Below, piece after piece: positions 9,028 to 12,881 of a stretch of 12,881 nt of DNA. Below the pieces are notes generated by a model, which saw only the letters and a list, made by a program, of their open reading frames with translations, did not search any database and was not told where the DNA came from. This DNA is from Elainellaceae cyanobacterium (GTDB lineage Bacteria > Cyanobacteriota > Cyanobacteriia > CAZCXK01). Positions within the stretch are counted from its first letter, which is position 1; the number at the start of each line of letters is the position of its first letter. The stretch is taken from positions 11,114-23,994 of the forward strand of contig JBNPEG010000246.1 of the NCBI GenBank assembly GCA_051117555.1, given 5' to 3'. A program made the translations under genes and the position numbers.

Positions 9028-9069
9028 CGATCGTCACATTTACCGTCACATTTAAGAGATCATCACACT

Positions 9070-9100
9070 AAAAACGGCATCAGGAAATATCCCATGCCGC
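9070..9100 (-). terminator. Rho-independent terminator of infC
   Basis: Minus strand GCGGCATGGGA-TATT-TCCTGATGCCGT followed by TTTT. Confidence 0.65.
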
Positions 9101-9191
9101 TTCTAAAGGCGCTTTAAGACATCGCAGTGCTATGTCCCCACGCAAAAACTGTAAAAGTTTATGATTCTGACAATCTTTGATTCATCCGTGT

Positions 9192-9683
9192 CTAGGATGG
9201 AGCAACTTGAAGAATGAGCGATCGCCTATCAAATGATTGCACTTTGCCCGCATCACCCAAGTCGGTCACAACTCTTTCTAAAAGCTCTGCAGCGCGATCG
9301 CGGTGTTGATGCTCTCGCCCCCGAAGCCGAACTTGAAACTTAACGGAATCGCCCTTTTCTAACCATTTCAAAGCTTTCTTGATGCGAATGCCATAATCAT
9401 TGTCATCGACATTTGGACGAAGCTTGACTTCTTTCAGCGATGGCTTAGAACTCTGGCGCTGACGTTTCTTTTGCTGATATTGATGCTTACCATAGTCCAT
9501 GACCTTGGCAACCGGCGCATCTTTACTTTGAGAGACGACCACCAGATCAAGACCCGCATCTTGAGCCACTTGTAGGGCTTCGCGAGTGTTGATCATGCCA
9601 CGATTGTTATTCTCGTGGTCAATTAAAAGAACTTCGGGAGATTTAATTTGACGGTTGACTAATTGCTTCTGTGCTTTAGCGAT
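9192..9683 (-). CDS. infC: Translation initiation factor IF-3 (163 aa) with non-canonical ATC start
   Basis: VNRQIKSPEVLLID, EALQVAQDAGLDLVVV, KVMDYGK, KEVKLRP, LEKGDSVK, RLRGRE; AGGAGG 8 nt before ATC 9683; in-frame TAG five codons upstream. Confidence 0.93.
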   Translation of the reverse strand: MAKAQKQLVNRQIKSPEVLLIDHENNNRGMINTREALQVAQDAGLDLVVVSQSKDAPVAKVMDYGKHQYQQKKRQRQSSKPSLKEVKLRPNVDDNDYGIRIKKALKWLEKGDSVKFQVRLRGREHQHRDRAAELLERVVTDLGDAGKVQSFDRRSLILQVAPS

Positions 9684-9795
9684 AGGTCGTTCCTCCTAAA
9701 CCCAATAACTTGACAAGCATATACTCACTAGAATAACGCACCCCTGGCGAATGGCAAATCTTGCTCAGGGAAGAGACACAAAGTGGGAGCATTCC

Positions 9796-9813
9796 AAGCC
9801 CGTAGAGCTATAT
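9796..9813 (-). repeat. Second copy of the dispersed TATAGC-ended repeat
   Basis: AAGCCCGTAGAGCTATAT against the reverse complement of 2726-2743, AAGCCCGTAGGGCTATAT. Confidence 0.55.
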
Positions 9814-9891
9814 TGACGGCTGATCGAGAATTATGGCATCAACGCATTGGACAATGTTTCGCCCACATTTAGCTAGACAGCTTGCAAAACA

Positions 9892-11550
9892 ATGATGAAT
9901 ATCGATCCTAAATCGGGGCATCACGCTATCTTCATCCCGATTAAACGACCTCTGGTTCGCTGGCTTGTCTTAATTCTGCTTGGCTTAGGGCTGTTGTTTC
10001 GCGTCGCCAACCTTGATCAGCGTATTTATTGGGTGGATGAGGTCGCCACGTCAATTCGGGTGGCGGGCTATACCCGCGAGGAGGTTACTCAAACTCTTGC
10101 AAATGGGGAGGTCTGGGCGATCGCCCCTATACAGCACTATCAGCAGCTTACCTCTGAGCGAGGCTGGGCAGACACGCTTGACGCACTCAGGCAAAGCCCC
10201 GAACATGCACCGCTCTATTTCATCCTGGCTCGACTCTGGGTGCAGCTATTTGGCAGTTCAGTAGTGGCAATTCGTTCACTATCAGTCATTTGTAGCCTGA
10301 TGGCGCTGCCCTGTTTCTACTGGCTGGCGGTTGAATTGTTTAAGTCGCCATTGGTAGGCTGGATGGCGATTGGCCTGCTGTCAGTATCGCCCTTCTTCGT
10401 GGCATATGCTCAAGAAGCTCGCCCCTATAGCCTTTGGTCGGTGACGGTGCTGCTCTCTGGGATTGCTTTGTTGCAAGCCTTGCGGCTGAATACGAGAACC
10501 CGTTGGGGGCTCTATGCGCTGACATTAACGCTGACTCTCTACACGTCACTACTGTCGGTGTTTGTTGCACTTGGACAGGGCTTGTATGTTGCAGGGATGG
10601 CATGGTCTGCATCATCATTTCAGTCCAAAGGATTAATGCGTCGCTATTGGGCTGCAACAGGAGTGGCGATACTTGCCTTCTCACCATGGCTTATGGTCAT
10701 TGCTCATCACTGGACGATGCTGCAAGACAATACCACCTGGGCGCGATCGCCCCTCAATCCATTAGCAATGGTCGCAATCTGGCTGTACAGTCTTGCAGTT
10801 ATTGTTTTCGATGTATCTGTATCTGTAGATTTATCCATTGAGACAGTTGCGAAAGGGATAATGGCATCTGTCGTGCTTGGCATCATGGGGTATGCCGTTT
10901 ATTGGCTGTGGATGACAGCGTCGCGACGAACCGGATTATTTGTGATATTGCTGATCATTTCAACGCCCGCTGCTCTTATCAGCCTCGATCTGATTCGTGG
11001 CGGACAAGCCTCTGCGACCCCCAGATACTTGATTCCCTGCCAGTTGGGAATGCTGTTATCTGTGGCATATTTCCTGAGCGATCGCCTCACGTCATTCTCT
11101 CGCCAGCGCATGATACTTGGAATCACGGGGCTTTGGGTTACCCTCAGTCTTTGGTCGTGTGTTGGCAATCTTAACCGCACTCCAGACTATCAGAAGGCTC
11201 GAAACCAAGCAAACCCGGCGATCGCTGCCATTCTCAACCAAGCCCCGGCATCAATTCTGATTGCTGAACCTGAGTACGCAATGGATGTAGTATCGCTTAG
11301 TTATGCGTTAAATTCTGATCTGCGCATTCAAATTGTGTCTGCTGATAACGCGGTTTTTGAACAAGGTCACGAGTACAAGTACGATAACAGCGTGTTTATT
11401 CTCAATCCGTCGGATGCACTACGACGCCGTATTGAAAGGGGCGATCGCTTCGATGTAGAAAAAGTCTATCAACCTGAATTATTGACACCCGATGATGTGC
11501 ATTTATCGCTATGGAAGCTTCAACTCGATTCAAATCCTGAAAGTAGATAA
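9892..11550 (+). CDS. GT-C fold glycosyltransferase family 39 (PMT_2/ArnT-like) membrane protein
   Basis: LLFRVANL...YWVDE, EHAPLYF, AIRSLSV, SPFFVAYAQEARPYSL, PRYLIP motifs; many TM helices. Confidence 0.88.
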   Translation: MMNIDPKSGHHAIFIPIKRPLVRWLVLILLGLGLLFRVANLDQRIYWVDEVATSIRVAGYTREEVTQTLANGEVWAIAPIQHYQQLTSERGWADTLDALRQSPEHAPLYFILARLWVQLFGSSVVAIRSLSVICSLMALPCFYWLAVELFKSPLVGWMAIGLLSVSPFFVAYAQEARPYSLWSVTVLLSGIALLQALRLNTRTRWGLYALTLTLTLYTSLLSVFVALGQGLYVAGMAWSASSFQSKGLMRRYWAATGVAILAFSPWLMVIAHHWTMLQDNTTWARSPLNPLAMVAIWLYSLAVIVFDVSVSVDLSIETVAKGIMASVVLGIMGYAVYWLWMTASRRTGLFVILLIISTPAALISLDLIRGGQASATPRYLIPCQLGMLLSVAYFLSDRLTSFSRQRMILGITGLWVTLSLWSCVGNLNRTPDYQKARNQANPAIAAILNQAPASILIAEPEYAMDVVSLSYALNSDLRIQIVSADNAVFEQGHEYKYDNSVFILNPSDALRRRIERGDRFDVEKVYQPELLTPDDVHLSLWKLQLDSNPESR

Positions 11551-11715
11551 ACAAAGTAGATACACCGATCAGGCAGGATTCATGCGTCAAAATTTGATTG
11601 CCCCACACTACTATTAAACAAGCTGACTTGCACCAGATACATATCTGTATCCAAGCAAGCCAGTTTTGAAAGTGGCGATCGCACTCGAGTTAGTATAGGT
11701 CGGGGTTAAGACATA

Positions 11716-12414
11716 CTAGCCCTTGGCTGTAGCCACATCAATAAATGCATCCCAGGTGTTTTCGCCCACAATACCGTCGGCTTCAAGTCCTACATACGGT
11801 TCTTGAAATGCAATGACGGCAGCACGAGTGCTGGCTCCAAAAATGCCATCGACAGCACCGCTGTAGTAATTATTTGTTTTGAGGAAAGCCTGCACTGCCT
11901 CAACCGCAGGCCCCCTAATGCCATAGGCAAGAGTTGGAGCAGTTTCGGGATTGTATTCCGTGATGGCATCCTCGCCTACGTCAGGAGAGGTTCGATTATA
12001 GGCATCAAGCAATGCTTCCCAGGTACTTTCGCCCACAATGCCATCGGCGGATAGGTTGCGCGATCGCTGAAACGTAATGATGGATGAAACGGTTCGTGGA
12101 CCATACACACCGTCGATTACGCCATTGTAAAAGTCCTGGCGTTGCAAAAATGACTGCACAGCTTCGACGGCTTCTCCGCTTCGCCCCTCGTAGAGTAAGG
12201 GTGCCGTTTCTGGCGAGTATTCACTCAAATCGGAAGATGCTTCTGTGGGTGTCTCCGTTGCTGACTCGCTAGCGCTTGATTCGCTAGTTGTGGGTGACTG
12301 AGCAACCGCGATCTGAGGTATGGCGATCGCAGGCGCAACTAGCATTGTTGAAACAAGTCCAAGCTTCATCAAATGAGTTTTTATCCAGTTATGGGCAATG
12401 GTTCGCATTCTCAT
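11716..12414 (-). CDS. Secreted protein with two peptidoglycan-binding (PG_binding_1) domains
   Basis: Signal-like segment ending AVA-Q, S/T/E-rich linker, two copies of G..VEAVQ.FL....Y.G..DG..G..T......FQ....L.ADGIVGE.TW.A; GGAGG SD favours ATG 12414 over 12429. Confidence 0.9.
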   Translation of the reverse strand: MRMRTIAHNWIKTHLMKLGLVSTMLVAPAIAIPQIAVAQSPTTSESSASESATETPTEASSDLSEYSPETAPLLYEGRSGEAVEAVQSFLQRQDFYNGVIDGVYGPRTVSSIITFQRSRNLSADGIVGESTWEALLDAYNRTSPDVGEDAITEYNPETAPTLAYGIRGPAVEAVQAFLKTNNYYSGAVDGIFGASTRAAVIAFQEPYVGLEADGIVGENTWDAFIDVATAKG

Positions 12415-12535
12415 AGTGCGGACCTCCATATATTACGTCTTCATACCCATCCAAATACCCGCTGGCAGATTTGCACCAATTCTTGATTTTAGAGGGTTGA
12501 TTTTGGATTCATTTCGAGAAATGATAATAAGTGGC

Positions 12536-12561
12536 TGGTCTAGATCAATGGTCTAGATCAA
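12536..12561 (+). repeat. 13-bp perfect tandem duplication TGGTCTAGATCAA x2
   Basis: 12536-12548 and 12549-12561 are identical. Confidence 0.8.
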
Positions 12562-12881
12562 ATGATTGAATTTATTAATCCAGATTTATTAGTGTAGATG
12601 CACGTCTATGGATGCACATTCTTTAATCCTGCATCGCTTAGGGCGTCTATTCTTACTATTTCATAATCGTTGCAAGTTGCCCTCCTACTGAAGTACAGTT
12701 CCTCTCTCAACCAAAAGATTAGTTTTGGTAGTGCTCATCTGTAGACAATTCTGAGTATACCGTTCTCAAATAGGACATGAACAATAACCGTACATGAATG
12801 CTTTAGGAAAAGCGAAGGTTTGCAAATGCGTTACCAGTCCAAATAGCAACTTAACCGACTTGAATTTCTTGCACATGCGAG

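Overview
Cyanobacterial chromosomal window: about 21 HIP1 GCGATCGC octamers counted by eye, a ycf35-like gene and the trnY-trnT pair. Gene order is heptamer/short-dispersed-repeat array, cupin-like gene divergent from a LysR regulator with a perfect T-N11-A palindrome, DUF1257/Ycf35, FGGY gluconokinase directly behind tRNA-Tyr/tRNA-Thr, CNNM/CBS protein, a lower-GC two-gene operon, DUF2721-like membrane protein, IF-3 with an ATC start codon, GT39-type glycosyltransferase and a secreted double PG-binding-domain protein. The operon encodes a PD-(D/E)XK (HsdR-N-like) nuclease fused to a ParA ATPase, followed by a degenerate ParB-like/coiled-coil/HhH-like protein. It is the best candidate for a poorly characterised system (possibly defence or DNA surveillance). 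All calls come from motif recognition by eye; no database search was run, so novelty is unverified.
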